This document shows positions 20,695-29,461 of a stretch of DNA of 64,000 bases, piece by piece; the first letter of the stretch is position 1, and the number at the start of each line of letters is the position of its first letter. The stretch comes from Thalassobaculaceae bacterium (GTDB lineage: Bacteria; Pseudomonadota; Alphaproteobacteria; Thalassobaculales; Thalassobaculaceae): contig OZ245843.1 of the NCBI GenBank assembly GCA_965228875.1, forward strand, positions 4,880,616 through 4,944,615. Reading direction: 5' to 3'. The notes beneath the pieces are model-generated. The model was given only the letters and a program-made list of their open reading frames with translations. It had not been told where the DNA came from and did not search any database. Position numbers and translations under genes: made by a program.

Positions 20695-20859
20695 CTAGCC
20701 CCAGGCCGTCCGATCCGGCAACCGCCCTCGCGCCCGTCGGCAGCGCTCCGAGCAGTAGCGTACCCGTTCCCAGTCCCGCGCCCACTTCCGGCGCCAGGAG
20801 AACGGCCGGCCGCAGACGGCGCAGATCTTCGTCGGTTGGGTCGGCTTGGCATGGGCCAT
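20695..20859 (-). CDS. DUF2256 family small Cys protein
   Basis: [31 protein letters not shown]. Confidence 0.88.
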   Translation of the reverse strand: MAHAKPTQPTKICAVCGRPFSWRRKWARDWERVRYCSERCRRARGRLPDRTAWG

Positions 20860-20997
20860 GGCGCAGGCGATCCGCAAGGGGCGCTGCGACCGATATGGCG
20901 CAGCGCCCCACAGCGTCTATGGCGTAGCGCGCCACTGCGTCCATTCATCTCGACCCATCCTGGCGCGAGCGCTCGCGCCGATGGCGGGGGGGCGGAT

Positions 20998-21741
20998 CTA
21001 GCCGGCGACCGCCAGGCAGCGCCGGTAGGCGCCGACCGTCTCGGTCAGTCCGAGCCAGAGCGCCTCGCCGATCAAGTGGTGGCCGATCGAGACCTCATCG
21101 ATCCACGGCACCGCGCGGGCCAGGGTCGGCAGGTTGTCGAGCGTCAGGTCGTGGCCGGCGTTGATCCCGAGACCGCGGTCGCGTGCGGCGGTGGCGGTAT
21201 CGACCACGGCTTTCAGCGCGGCCTCGCCCTGCGGCGTGCCAAAGGTCTCGAAATAGGGACCGGTGTAGATCTCGATCCGGTCGGCGCCGGTCGCCGCCAT
21301 GGCCTCGGCGACGGCGGGATCGGCATCGGCGAACAGCGATACCCGGCAGCCGAGTTCCCGAAGCCCGGCGATGATGGGCGCGAGGAACTCCTGCTGCGCG
21401 GGCAGGTCCCAGCCGTGGTCGGACGTCGCCTGATCCGGCGCGTCGGGGACCAGGGTCACCTGATCCGGACGGACCCGCCGGATCAGGTCGAGGAACCGGT
21501 CGTCGGGATAGCCCTCGATATTGTACTCGCGCCCGGCATAGGCCGGTTCCTTCACCACCTCGGCCAGGTCGAGCACGTCCTGCTCGCGGATATGGCGGGC
21601 GTCGGGACGGGGGTGGACGGTGATGCCCGCCGCCCCGGCGTCGAGCACCGTGCGGGCGGCGCGGACGACGTTGGGGTCGTCGTGCGGGCGGGTGTTCCGC
21701 AGGGTCGCGACCTTGTTGAGGTTGACGCTGAGCGCGATCAT
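20998..21741 (-). CDS. pdxJ: Pyridoxine 5'-phosphate synthase
   Basis: LSVNLNKVATLRN, GITVHPRPDARHI, EYNIEG, TSDHGW, NAGHDL, EVSIGH. Confidence 0.95.
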   Translation of the reverse strand: MIALSVNLNKVATLRNTRPHDDPNVVRAARTVLDAGAAGITVHPRPDARHIREQDVLDLAEVVKEPAYAGREYNIEGYPDDRFLDLIRRVRPDQVTLVPDAPDQATSDHGWDLPAQQEFLAPIIAGLRELGCRVSLFADADPAVAEAMAATGADRIEIYTGPYFETFGTPQGEAALKAVVDTATAARDRGLGINAGHDLTLDNLPTLARAVPWIDEVSIGHHLIGEALWLGLTETVGAYRRCLAVAG

Positions 21742-21833
21742 CGGGGACTCCAGGCTTTTGGCTCGGTCATTCTAGCAAATTGAGCGGGTGGGGATGGGCC
21801 ATCGATTGCCGCTGCCGCTTGGTCCAAGGCGGC

Positions 21834-23243
21834 TCAGCGATGTTCGGGGACGGGGCGCAACGCGTTTCCGGCGGCGCCGAGGATGGCGACGCCCACCGCC
21901 GGAAGCAGGGCGAGATAGGTCCAGCGCGCCGCCGCCTCGATCACCGGGAGTTCGGGCGTGCCGGCCAACCCGACGCGGTCGCCGACGACTCCGACCGCCG
22001 CAGCGCCGAAGGCCATGCCGAGGGACTGCATCGTCGGCATGGCCGACCCGACACGGTCGCGATCCGCCTCGCCGGCGGCGTCGAACACCCGTTTTGCCAC
22101 ATGGCCCCACGCCGTGCCGATGCCGAAGCCCAGCAGTCCGATCGAGGCGATGGCCAGCCAGAGCGGACCCTGCGGCAGGAACACCACGGTGCCGATGCAG
22201 CCGGCGGCGGTCATGACCGGCCCGGCGACGATGGCGATCCGCGCCCGGTCGGCCGAAAGGCCGGAGAACAGGATCGCGGCGGTGGTCCAGCACACCGACT
22301 GGGCGGTGACAGTGTACCCGGCGACCAGAGGCGGCACGTCGTGCAGGAGCTGCAGGAAATAGGGACCGTAGACGCCCGTGGCCACGGTGCCGAGCGAGAT
22401 GAAGAAGAAGAAGGCCACGCCGGAACCGAGCGGCGTGCTCGGCCGGAACATGTCGCGCGGGAAGATCGGCATCGTCGACCTGCGCTCCCAATACACGGCG
22501 GCGGCGAGCACCAGGAGCGCACCCACGGCGAGGCCGATCTCCTGTTGCAGGTGGGCGCCCTTTCCGGTGGCCCCGACCAGCAGGGCGGCAAGGCCGATCA
22601 GCGCCAGCCGCAGGACCGGGGTGAGGCCCGTGCTTTCCGCGTGCTCGGGATCGCTGACGGTGTGAAGCACCAGCGCCAGAAACACGGCGCAGACCGGCAC
22701 CATCGCGAAGAAACCCCAGCGCCAGTCCTGCAGTTCGGCGAAGATGCCGCCGATCAGCGGCCCGGACAGGGCGGCGATGCCCCAGGCGGCGGAGACGGCG
22801 GCAAACAGCCGGGCCCAGCTCTTCGGTGGGAACAGGTCGCGGATCAGGCCGTGGGAGTTCGCGACCAGAAGGCCGGATCCCAGGCCCTGCAGCGCGCGGG
22901 CGGCCAGCAACCACTCCATCGTCGGCGCCAGGCCGATCCCCGCCGACCCGGCGGCGAAGCCGAGGATCGACAGGGTCAGCGCCCGGCGAGGACCGATCTG
23001 CGCCCGCACGAGGCCACCGGCCGCGGTGGAGACGATCGAGCAGACGACGTAGAGGGTCGTCGCCCAGGGCAGCAGTTCCAGCCCGCCGATATCGCGCACG
23101 ACGCTCGGTGCCAGGGAGGAGAAGACGAAGAAGTTGACGGCGTTCAGCAGGATGCCGAGGCTGATCATCACCGTGGCGACACGGTATCGCGCGCCCAGCA
23201 ACTCGCTCCATTGCAGCAAGCGGTCTTCGGCAGGATCAGTCAT
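21834..23243 (-). CDS. MFS transporter (drug:H+ antiporter-like)
   Basis: Many TM helices, ARALQGLGSG, GPLIGG, WRWGFF; start taken at MTDPAED. Confidence 0.88.
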   Translation of the reverse strand: MTDPAEDRLLQWSELLGARYRVATVMISLGILLNAVNFFVFSSLAPSVVRDIGGLELLPWATTLYVVCSIVSTAAGGLVRAQIGPRRALTLSILGFAAGSAGIGLAPTMEWLLAARALQGLGSGLLVANSHGLIRDLFPPKSWARLFAAVSAAWGIAALSGPLIGGIFAELQDWRWGFFAMVPVCAVFLALVLHTVSDPEHAESTGLTPVLRLALIGLAALLVGATGKGAHLQQEIGLAVGALLVLAAAVYWERRSTMPIFPRDMFRPSTPLGSGVAFFFFISLGTVATGVYGPYFLQLLHDVPPLVAGYTVTAQSVCWTTAAILFSGLSADRARIAIVAGPVMTAAGCIGTVVFLPQGPLWLAIASIGLLGFGIGTAWGHVAKRVFDAAGEADRDRVGSAMPTMQSLGMAFGAAAVGVVGDRVGLAGTPELPVIEAAARWTYLALLPAVGVAILGAAGNALRPVPEHR

Positions 23244-23262
23244 CGGCTCGGCGTTCCCTTTT

Positions 23263-23283
23263 ATGGCAAGTTTTTTCTTGTTA
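23263..23283 (-). promoter_or_regulatory. Putative operator TAACAAG-N6-CTTGCCA upstream of the MFS gene
   Basis: CAAG-tttttt-CTTG palindrome at 23267-23280, about 23 bp before the MFS start. Confidence 0.65.
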
Positions 23284-23400
23284 TAATATCGAATCGACGG
23301 ATCGCGATACCCCTCATCGCCGTCCGGACGCGGGCGGGTTCGGATGCCGGACCGTCGCACGCCCCCTGGTCCGCTGGAAGTCCCGGCACAGATTGGCTAT

Positions 23401-23420
23401 TAACAAGGCTATTCTTGGCA
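23401..23420 (+). promoter_or_regulatory. Putative operator TAACAAG-N6-CTTGGCA upstream of the regulator gene
   Basis: CAAG-gctatt-CTTG at 23404-23417, 18 bp before the regulator ATG. Confidence 0.65.
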
Positions 23421-23435
23421 AAACGGGAATCCCAG

Positions 23436-24062
23436 ATGTCCGAGACCACCGCCGACCGTATCCTGTTCCGTCTGAAGACGCGCGGTCCGGAAAGTATCGC
23501 GGCGTTGAGCGAGACCTTCGGCGTGACCACGGAGGCGGTCCGCCAGCTTCTGGTCAAGCTGGAAACGGAGGGTCTGGTGGCCTTCGAGGACCAGCGGGCC
23601 GGTCGCGGGCGGCCGAAGCGGCTCTGGCGACTGACCGAGACGGGGCATGCCCGGTTTCCGGATCGTCACGCGGAGCTGACCGTCGGTCTGCTCGACGCGG
23701 TGCGCGCCGAGTTCGGTGACGATGGGCTCGAACGGCTGATCCTGCGCCGCGAGGACGAGCAGCGCGCCTCCTACCGGGCGGCCACCGACGGGGCGGCCGA
23801 TCTGGAGGAGAGGGTGGCCCGCCTGGCCGAGCTGCGCGACCGCGAAGGCTACATGGCGGAGTGGCGTCGCGAGGCGGACGGATCGCTGCTTCTGATCGAG
23901 AATCACTGCCCGATCTGCGCGGCGGCCGCCAAGTGCCAGAACCTGTGCCGTTCCGAACTGTCGGTATTCCGGGAAGCGCTTGGGGCGGACGCCACGGTCG
24001 AGCGGGTGGACCATGTTCTGGCCGGTGGGCGACGCTGCGCCTATCGGGTGACCGCCGCCTGA
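23436..24062 (+). CDS. SufR-like winged-HTH transcriptional regulator (COG2345-like)
   Basis: N-terminal HTH with GRGRP; C-terminal ENHCPIC...CQNLCRSE...RCAYRV Cys cluster. Confidence 0.85.
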   Translation: MSETTADRILFRLKTRGPESIAALSETFGVTTEAVRQLLVKLETEGLVAFEDQRAGRGRPKRLWRLTETGHARFPDRHAELTVGLLDAVRAEFGDDGLERLILRREDEQRASYRAATDGAADLEERVARLAELRDREGYMAEWRREADGSLLLIENHCPICAAAAKCQNLCRSELSVFREALGADATVERVDHVLAGGRRCAYRVTAA

Positions 24063-24100
24063 GGCACACTCGCCGCAATCATCCGAACAGGGAGGAAAGC

Positions 24101-25075
24101 ATGCGTGCCGTGCTGTGCAACGCCTACGGCCCGATCGACGATCTGACGGTGGAGGAGGTGGCGCCGAAGCCGCTGGAGGCCGGACAGGTCCGCCTGAAGG
24201 TGGGGGCCTGCGGGGTGAACTTCCCCGACGTCCTGATTACCGAAGGCAAGTATCAGTTCAAGCCGGAGCCGCCGTTCTCGCCCGGTGGCGAGGTTGCGGG
24301 CACGGTGACCGAGGTGGCGCCCGACGTCACGGACGTCTCGGTCGGCGACCCGGTGATCGCGACCACCATCTGGGGCGGATTCGCCGAGGAACTGGTGACC
24401 ACGCCGGACCGGCTGATGCGGCGTCCGGACACCATGGACGAGGTGACGGCGGCCGGCTTCGCCATCACTTACGGCACCTCCTACCATGCCCTGGTGCAGC
24501 GGGCGGCCATCCGGGCGGGCGAGACCCTGCTGGTGCTCGGCGCCTCGGGCGGTGTCGGCGTGGCGGCGATCCAGATCGCCAAGGCGCTGGGCGCGCGGGT
24601 CATTGCCGCCGCGAGCACGGCCGAGAAACTGGAGGTCGCCCGCGCGCAGGGCGCCGACGAGACCGTGAACTACGCAGAGGACGGGTTCCGCGACCGCCTG
24701 AAGGAACTGACCGGTGGGCGCGGGGTCGACGTGGTCTACGATCCGGTCGGCGGCGACCTGCTGCAGCCGAGCCTGCGCTCGATGGCGTGGAACGGGCGTT
24801 ACCTCGTCGTCGGCTTCGCCAGCGGCGAGATCCCCAAGGTGCCGGCGAACCTGACCCTGCTGAAGGGGTGCTCGGTGGTCGGCGTGTTCTGGGGCCAGTT
24901 CCGGCGCAACGAGCCGGAGGTCGACCGCGCCAACTTCGAGGCGCTGTTCGCGCTGCACGCGGAGGGGAAGATCGCGCCGCTGGTCAGCGCGACCTACCCG
25001 CTGGAGAAGGCGCGCAACGCGCTCGCGGCGCTGTCCGCACGCGCTGTCACCGGCAAGCTGGTCCTGACGGTTTAG
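24101..25075 (+). CDS. NADPH:quinone oxidoreductase (zeta-crystallin/MDR family)
   Basis: GVNFPD, PFSPGGEVAG, LGASGGVG, GVDVVYDPVGG, GFASG. Confidence 0.92.
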   Translation: MRAVLCNAYGPIDDLTVEEVAPKPLEAGQVRLKVGACGVNFPDVLITEGKYQFKPEPPFSPGGEVAGTVTEVAPDVTDVSVGDPVIATTIWGGFAEELVTTPDRLMRRPDTMDEVTAAGFAITYGTSYHALVQRAAIRAGETLLVLGASGGVGVAAIQIAKALGARVIAAASTAEKLEVARAQGADETVNYAEDGFRDRLKELTGGRGVDVVYDPVGGDLLQPSLRSMAWNGRYLVVGFASGEIPKVPANLTLLKGCSVVGVFWGQFRRNEPEVDRANFEALFALHAEGKIAPLVSATYPLEKARNALAALSARAVTGKLVLTV

Positions 25076-25093
25076 AGACCGGCGGCGCCTCCG

Positions 25094-25118
25094 CCTCCCC
25101 GGCGCAGTGCCGGGGAGG
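25094..25118. terminator. Hairpin between convergent genes
   Basis: cctccccggc-gcagt-gccggggagg. Confidence 0.5.
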
Positions 25119-25148
25119 AGCGGGATGTCGGGCCGGCTGCGGGCAGGC

Positions 25149-25784
25149 TCAGGTCGGACCCGGCGCGCTTTTCGGGCGGAACATCTCGAACACCTCGGTG
25201 ACCGTGGCGTAGTCGAAGTAGCCCAGCCGCGAGACCGGCTGCCACTTGGTGACATCGGCCAGGCCGTCGACCACGACGTTCTCCGAGACATGGATGCCGA
25301 TCACCTTGCCGATCAGCACGAAATTGCGGTGGTTCGGCTCCCAGCACTCGAGCTCGATGGTCTGCTTGTAGACGCATTCGAACGCGATCGGTGCCTTGGC
25401 CACCCGCAGCGGCTTGATGAGCCGGCTCGGCGCACCCTCGATGCCGGCCGCCTCGTATTCGCTCTCGCCGTGGGCCAGGGCGGCGGACGTCTCGTTCATG
25501 GCGTCCTTGAGCGCGTGGGCGACGATGTTGACCGTGAACTCGCCCGTCTGCTCGATGTTGAGCTGGCTGTCCTTCTTCGAGCCGTCGGGTCGGCTGCCGG
25601 TGCCGAACAGCACCTGCGGCGGGTTGGACGCCATGGCGTTGAAGAAGCTGTAGGGGGCGAGGTTGGTGCGGCCCTGGTCGTCGACCGAGCCGATCCAACC
25701 GATCGGGCGCGGGCTGACGAAGGCCTTGAACGGGTCGTGCTTGAAACCGTGTTCCTTGTGGTGACCCGGTTCGTAGAAGATCAT
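25149..25784 (-). CDS. Flavin reductase-like protein (DIM6/NtaB family)
   Basis: PRPIGWI, NLAPYSFFN, KDSQLNIEQTGEF, SRLGY. Confidence 0.9.
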   Translation of the reverse strand: MIFYEPGHHKEHGFKHDPFKAFVSPRPIGWIGSVDDQGRTNLAPYSFFNAMASNPPQVLFGTGSRPDGSKKDSQLNIEQTGEFTVNIVAHALKDAMNETSAALAHGESEYEAAGIEGAPSRLIKPLRVAKAPIAFECVYKQTIELECWEPNHRNFVLIGKVIGIHVSENVVVDGLADVTKWQPVSRLGYFDYATVTEVFEMFRPKSAPGPT

Positions 25785-25959
25785 CCGCCCCTCCTGGTGC
25801 TGCAAATCGTGTGGCAGCAGAGGTGACGCACCGCCCGGCGTTTGGCAAGTGCCGGCGGGGAACGGGTGTCTGCAGCGCCGGACGCTGCGGTGCAGCATCC
25901 GGCGTGACGGCGGCGCGGGCTTCGGCTAAACCTGTCGGCCCGCGTGCCCGGAGACCGCC

Positions 25960-26850
25960 TTGCTGATCCTGTTCGACCTGCTCGCCCTCGTATCGCCCGT
26001 TTTCGCCTGCGCGGCGATCGGCTGGGTGTGGCGACGCATGGATCGGCCGTTCGACAGCGAGACGGTCACCGGTCTGACGGTGAACATCGGCACGCCGTGC
26101 ATCGTGTTCGACACCCTGACCAGGCTCGACGTCTCGCTGGCCGATTTCGGGCTGATGGCGGCGGCGTCGCTGACGGCGATCGCCGGGTTCGCGGTGGTCG
26201 GGCTGGTCTGGCTGCTGATCGCCGGGTTCTCGCGCGCCGCGTTCCTGCCGGCATTGATGTTCCCCAACTGCGGCAATATCGGCCTGCCGGTGTGCCTGTT
26301 CGCGTTCGGCGAGGCAGGGCTCGGATTCGCGGTCTCGTTCTTTGCCGTGATGATCGTCCTGCAGTTCACCGTCGGCGTGGCGATCGCCGCCGGCAAGGCC
26401 TCGTTCCGCCTGCTGCTGACGTCGCCGGTGGCCTACGCCCTGGTGCTGGCGCTGATCGTGATGAGCCTGGACCTCACCGTGCCGGAGCCGATCGCCAAGA
26501 CCACGCAGCTGCTCTCAGGGGTGACGATCCCGGTCATGCTGATCGCGCTCGGCGTGTCCATCGCCCAGCTCCGGATCTCCTCCCTCGGCGAGAGCCTGGC
26601 GGTGGCGGTGACGCGGATGGTGCTCGGTTTCGGCGTCGGCACGGCGACGGCCTGGGGCTTCGACCTGCCGCCGGTGATGGCCGGCGTGCTGATCATCCAG
26701 TCGTCGCTGCCGGTGGCGGTGTTCACCTACCTGTTCGCCCTGCGCTACGGCCGCTCGCCGGAGACCCTGGCGGGCGCGGTGGTGCTGTCCACCCTGTTCA
26801 GCTTCGTCTCGCTGCCGGTGGTGCTGTACCTGGTGATGCCGTCGGGCTGA
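25960..26850 (+). CDS. AEC (auxin efflux carrier) family transporter
   Basis: PNCGNIGLP, IPVMLIALG, SLPVAV, STLFS; about 10 TM. Confidence 0.88.
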   Translation: MLILFDLLALVSPVFACAAIGWVWRRMDRPFDSETVTGLTVNIGTPCIVFDTLTRLDVSLADFGLMAAASLTAIAGFAVVGLVWLLIAGFSRAAFLPALMFPNCGNIGLPVCLFAFGEAGLGFAVSFFAVMIVLQFTVGVAIAAGKASFRLLLTSPVAYALVLALIVMSLDLTVPEPIAKTTQLLSGVTIPVMLIALGVSIAQLRISSLGESLAVAVTRMVLGFGVGTATAWGFDLPPVMAGVLIIQSSLPVAVFTYLFALRYGRSPETLAGAVVLSTLFSFVSLPVVLYLVMPSG

Positions 26851-26871
26851 AGCCGGCGCCGACCCGCCGGC

Positions 26872-28023
26872 TCACGCGAATTCCAACGCCAGATAGCTGT
26901 TGATGATCCGCTCCAGCGCGGCCTGTTCGATGTCGCGGGCGATGATGACCAGCTTGGAGCGGCGGTCGTCGTCCGGCCACTCTTCGAGCTTGGCCGGCGG
27001 GTGGAACAGGTGCTGGACGGCGTGCACCACAACCGGGTGATCGATCTCCACGACGTTGAGGATGCCCTTCATGCGCAGCAGGTTGGCGCCGTGGGTCTGC
27101 ACCAGCATGTCCAGCGCCGGGGCGATCTTGTTCCAAGGGAACGGTTCGTCGAAGGTCAGGCAGAAGGCGCGGATGTGGTCGTCGTGCCGGTTGACGTCGT
27201 GATGGTGGTGGTCGTGCCCGTGGTGATGCCCATGGTCATGCCCGTGACCGTGTCCATGCCCATGGTGATGACCGTGGTCATGGTGGTGCCCGTCCTCTCC
27301 GTGGCGGTGATAGACGTGGCCCTCGGTGTCGCGATAGGCCTCTTCCTTCAGCCAGCGCTGAACGTCGGCCGACTTGGTCATCGGATTGTAGAGCCCGGCG
27401 TCGAACAGATCGGCCGGATCGACATCCCCGCTCACCACCGGCAGGATCGGGGCGGCCGGGTTGATTGCCGCCAGCCGCGCCTCGACGGTCCGCACGGCGT
27501 CCCGGTCGATCAGGTCGGTCTTGGTCAGCACGATGCGGTCGGCGACGGCCGCCTGCTTCACGCTCTCGAACTGCTTGTCGAGCTGGGTCATGGCGTTGAC
27601 CGCGTCGACCACGGTGATCACGCCGTCCAGGGTGAAGCGGGTCACCAGGAACCCGTCCGACATCATCGTGTGCAGGATCGGCGCCGGATCGGCCAGGCCG
27701 GTGGTCTCGATCACCACCCGGTCGAAATCCGCCACCTCGCCCATCGCCCGGCGCTTGTACAGCGACTTCAGGGTGTCCAGCAGATCGCCGCGCACGGTGC
27801 AGCACAGGCACCCGGAGTTCAGCAGGATGGCGTCCTCGTCGACCCGCTCGATCAGTGCGTGATCGAGGCCGATCTCGCCGAACTCGTTGATGATGACGGC
27901 GACCCGGTTCATGCCGGAATGGGCGAGCAGTGCCTTCAGCAGGGTGGTTTTGCCGCTGCCCAGGAAGCCGGTGAGGATCGAGACCGGCAACCGGTCCAAT
28001 GGCGAGGGGGCGTCGTCGGGCAT
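26872..28023 (-). CDS. CobW/COG0523 GTPase metallochaperone with His-rich insert
   Basis: GFLGSGKTT, NEFGEIG, GCLCC, ETTGLADP, long His/Gly/Asp tract, LLRMKG. Confidence 0.93.
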   Translation of the reverse strand: MPDDAPSPLDRLPVSILTGFLGSGKTTLLKALLAHSGMNRVAVIINEFGEIGLDHALIERVDEDAILLNSGCLCCTVRGDLLDTLKSLYKRRAMGEVADFDRVVIETTGLADPAPILHTMMSDGFLVTRFTLDGVITVVDAVNAMTQLDKQFESVKQAAVADRIVLTKTDLIDRDAVRTVEARLAAINPAAPILPVVSGDVDPADLFDAGLYNPMTKSADVQRWLKEEAYRDTEGHVYHRHGEDGHHHDHGHHHGHGHGHGHDHGHHHGHDHHHHDVNRHDDHIRAFCLTFDEPFPWNKIAPALDMLVQTHGANLLRMKGILNVVEIDHPVVVHAVQHLFHPPAKLEEWPDDDRRSKLVIIARDIEQAALERIINSYLALEFA

Positions 28024-28048
28024 GGGGGGCTCCCGGGGTAAGCGTGTG

Positions 28049-28549
28049 TCAGGTCTCGGCCGCGGCGCTGCACTCGGCGCAGAGCCCGGCCACTTCGATG
28101 GTGATCCGCCGGATCTGGAAGTCCAGGGCCTCGGCGCGGGTCCGCAGCTCCCGGTCGACGGTGCCGCCGGCAAGTTCGTGGGCCGCGCCGCAGCCGTCGC
28201 AGATCAGGAAATAGCCGCGGTGCGGACGCCCCGGTTCCGGACAGCCGACGAAGGCGTTGAGGCTCTCGATGCGGTGTACCAGACCCTGGTGGATGAGAAA
28301 GTCGAGGGCACGGTACACGGTCGGCGGTGCCACCCGCGAGTCGCCGCCGTCATCGGCGCGCGCCCGACTGAGCTTGTCGATCAGGTCGTAGGCGCCGATC
28401 GGTGCGTGGCTGTCCCAGATCAGTTCCAGGACCCGGCGGCGCAGCTCCGTCAGGCGGGCGCCGCGTTGCGTGCACACGATTTCTGCCGAAGACAGCGCCT
28501 CGGCGACGCATCGGTCGTGATCGTGATTGTGGTCGGGAAAACTGGTCAC
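28049..28549 (-). CDS. zur: Fur family regulator, Zur-like
   Basis: N-terminal HNHDHDRC, GAYDL, PPTVYRALDFL, HRIESLNAFVGC, ICDGC and CAEC; upstream of cobW. Confidence 0.85.
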   Translation of the reverse strand: MTSFPDHNHDHDRCVAEALSSAEIVCTQRGARLTELRRRVLELIWDSHAPIGAYDLIDKLSRARADDGGDSRVAPPTVYRALDFLIHQGLVHRIESLNAFVGCPEPGRPHRGYFLICDGCGAAHELAGGTVDRELRTRAEALDFQIRRITIEVAGLCAECSAAAET

Positions 28550-28635
28550 CGGATCCCCGTTGGCCGAAGAGGTCGTCTTTGAAGATATAGCGCACCCTCC
28601 CTGCCCCCACCACCGGACAACCGGAGGGTCGGCGA

Positions 28636-28661
28636 TGATCCAATGGGCGACGATCCACGTA
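28636..28661 (+). promoter_or_regulatory. RpoE (ECF11)-type promoter TGATCC-N16-CGTA
   Basis: tgatcc-aatgggcgacgatcca-cgta, 47 bp upstream of the 28709 operon. Confidence 0.8.
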
Positions 28662-28708
28662 AACCTCATATGGTTATGCACCCGGGGAATTCGATGACGG
28701 GAGATTCA

Positions 28709-29461
28709 ATGGGCGGTCTCGCGACCCGACGATCCGTACTGGGCGGCATGGCGGCGACCGGCGCGATGGCGGTGCTCGGCAGCGGCCCGGCCGACGCGGC
28801 GCCGGAGCTCGCCGCCGCGTATCCCGAGATCCTGAAGTTCAGGGTCGAGCGCGAAGGCGGTTTCATCGGCCACGTGCTGGAGCGGTACACGCCGGCCGGG
28901 GACGATCTCCGGGTGGACATCTACATCGCATTCCAGGTCAAGATCGCCTTCATCACCGTGTTCCGCTACGAGCACCGCGCCCGCGAGATCTGGCGCGCCG
29001 GTCGGTTGGCGCGGCTGGACAGCGTCACCAACGACAACGGCGACCCGCAGGCGGTTACCGGCCGGGTGTCCGCGGGCGGCTTCTCGGTCGTCGGACCGTC
29101 TGGCGGACTGATCGCCCCGGCGGACATCCTCCCATCCAGCTACTGGCATCCGCGCTTCACCGAACAGTCGCGGATGCTGGACAGTCAGAAGGGTCGGCTG
29201 CTGGAGTTCGACATCTCCAGGATCGGCACCGAACGGATCGAGACGCTGGGCAAGCCGGTGCCGGCCGACCGCTTCGCCATGCGTGGCGATGTGGATCTCG
29301 ATTTCTGGTACGACGCCGACCGCGTCTGGCAGAAGATGGCGTTCACCATCAAGGGCGGGTTCATGGAGTACACCCGGGTCGTTCCCGGTCCGCTGGACTC
29401 CGGCCTGTTCGAGATGCCGCTCAGCACGGGGGTCGTCCTGCCGGCGCTGGAGACGGCGTGA
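28709..29461 (+). CDS. Tat-exported DUF6134-like protein
   Basis: TRRSVL twin-arginine signal; FITVFRYEHRAREIW, TNDNG, PSSYW motifs. Confidence 0.72.
   Translation: MGGLATRRSVLGGMAATGAMAVLGSGPADAAPELAAAYPEILKFRVEREGGFIGHVLERYTPAGDDLRVDIYIAFQVKIAFITVFRYEHRAREIWRAGRLARLDSVTNDNGDPQAVTGRVSAGGFSVVGPSGGLIAPADILPSSYWHPRFTEQSRMLDSQKGRLLEFDISRIGTERIETLGKPVPADRFAMRGDVDLDFWYDADRVWQKMAFTIKGGFMEYTRVVPGPLDSGLFEMPLSTGVVLPALETA

Noticed and set aside
27180..27310. Repetitive tgg/tga/tgc-rich DNA
   Set aside because: Explained by the His-rich tract of the CobW protein.
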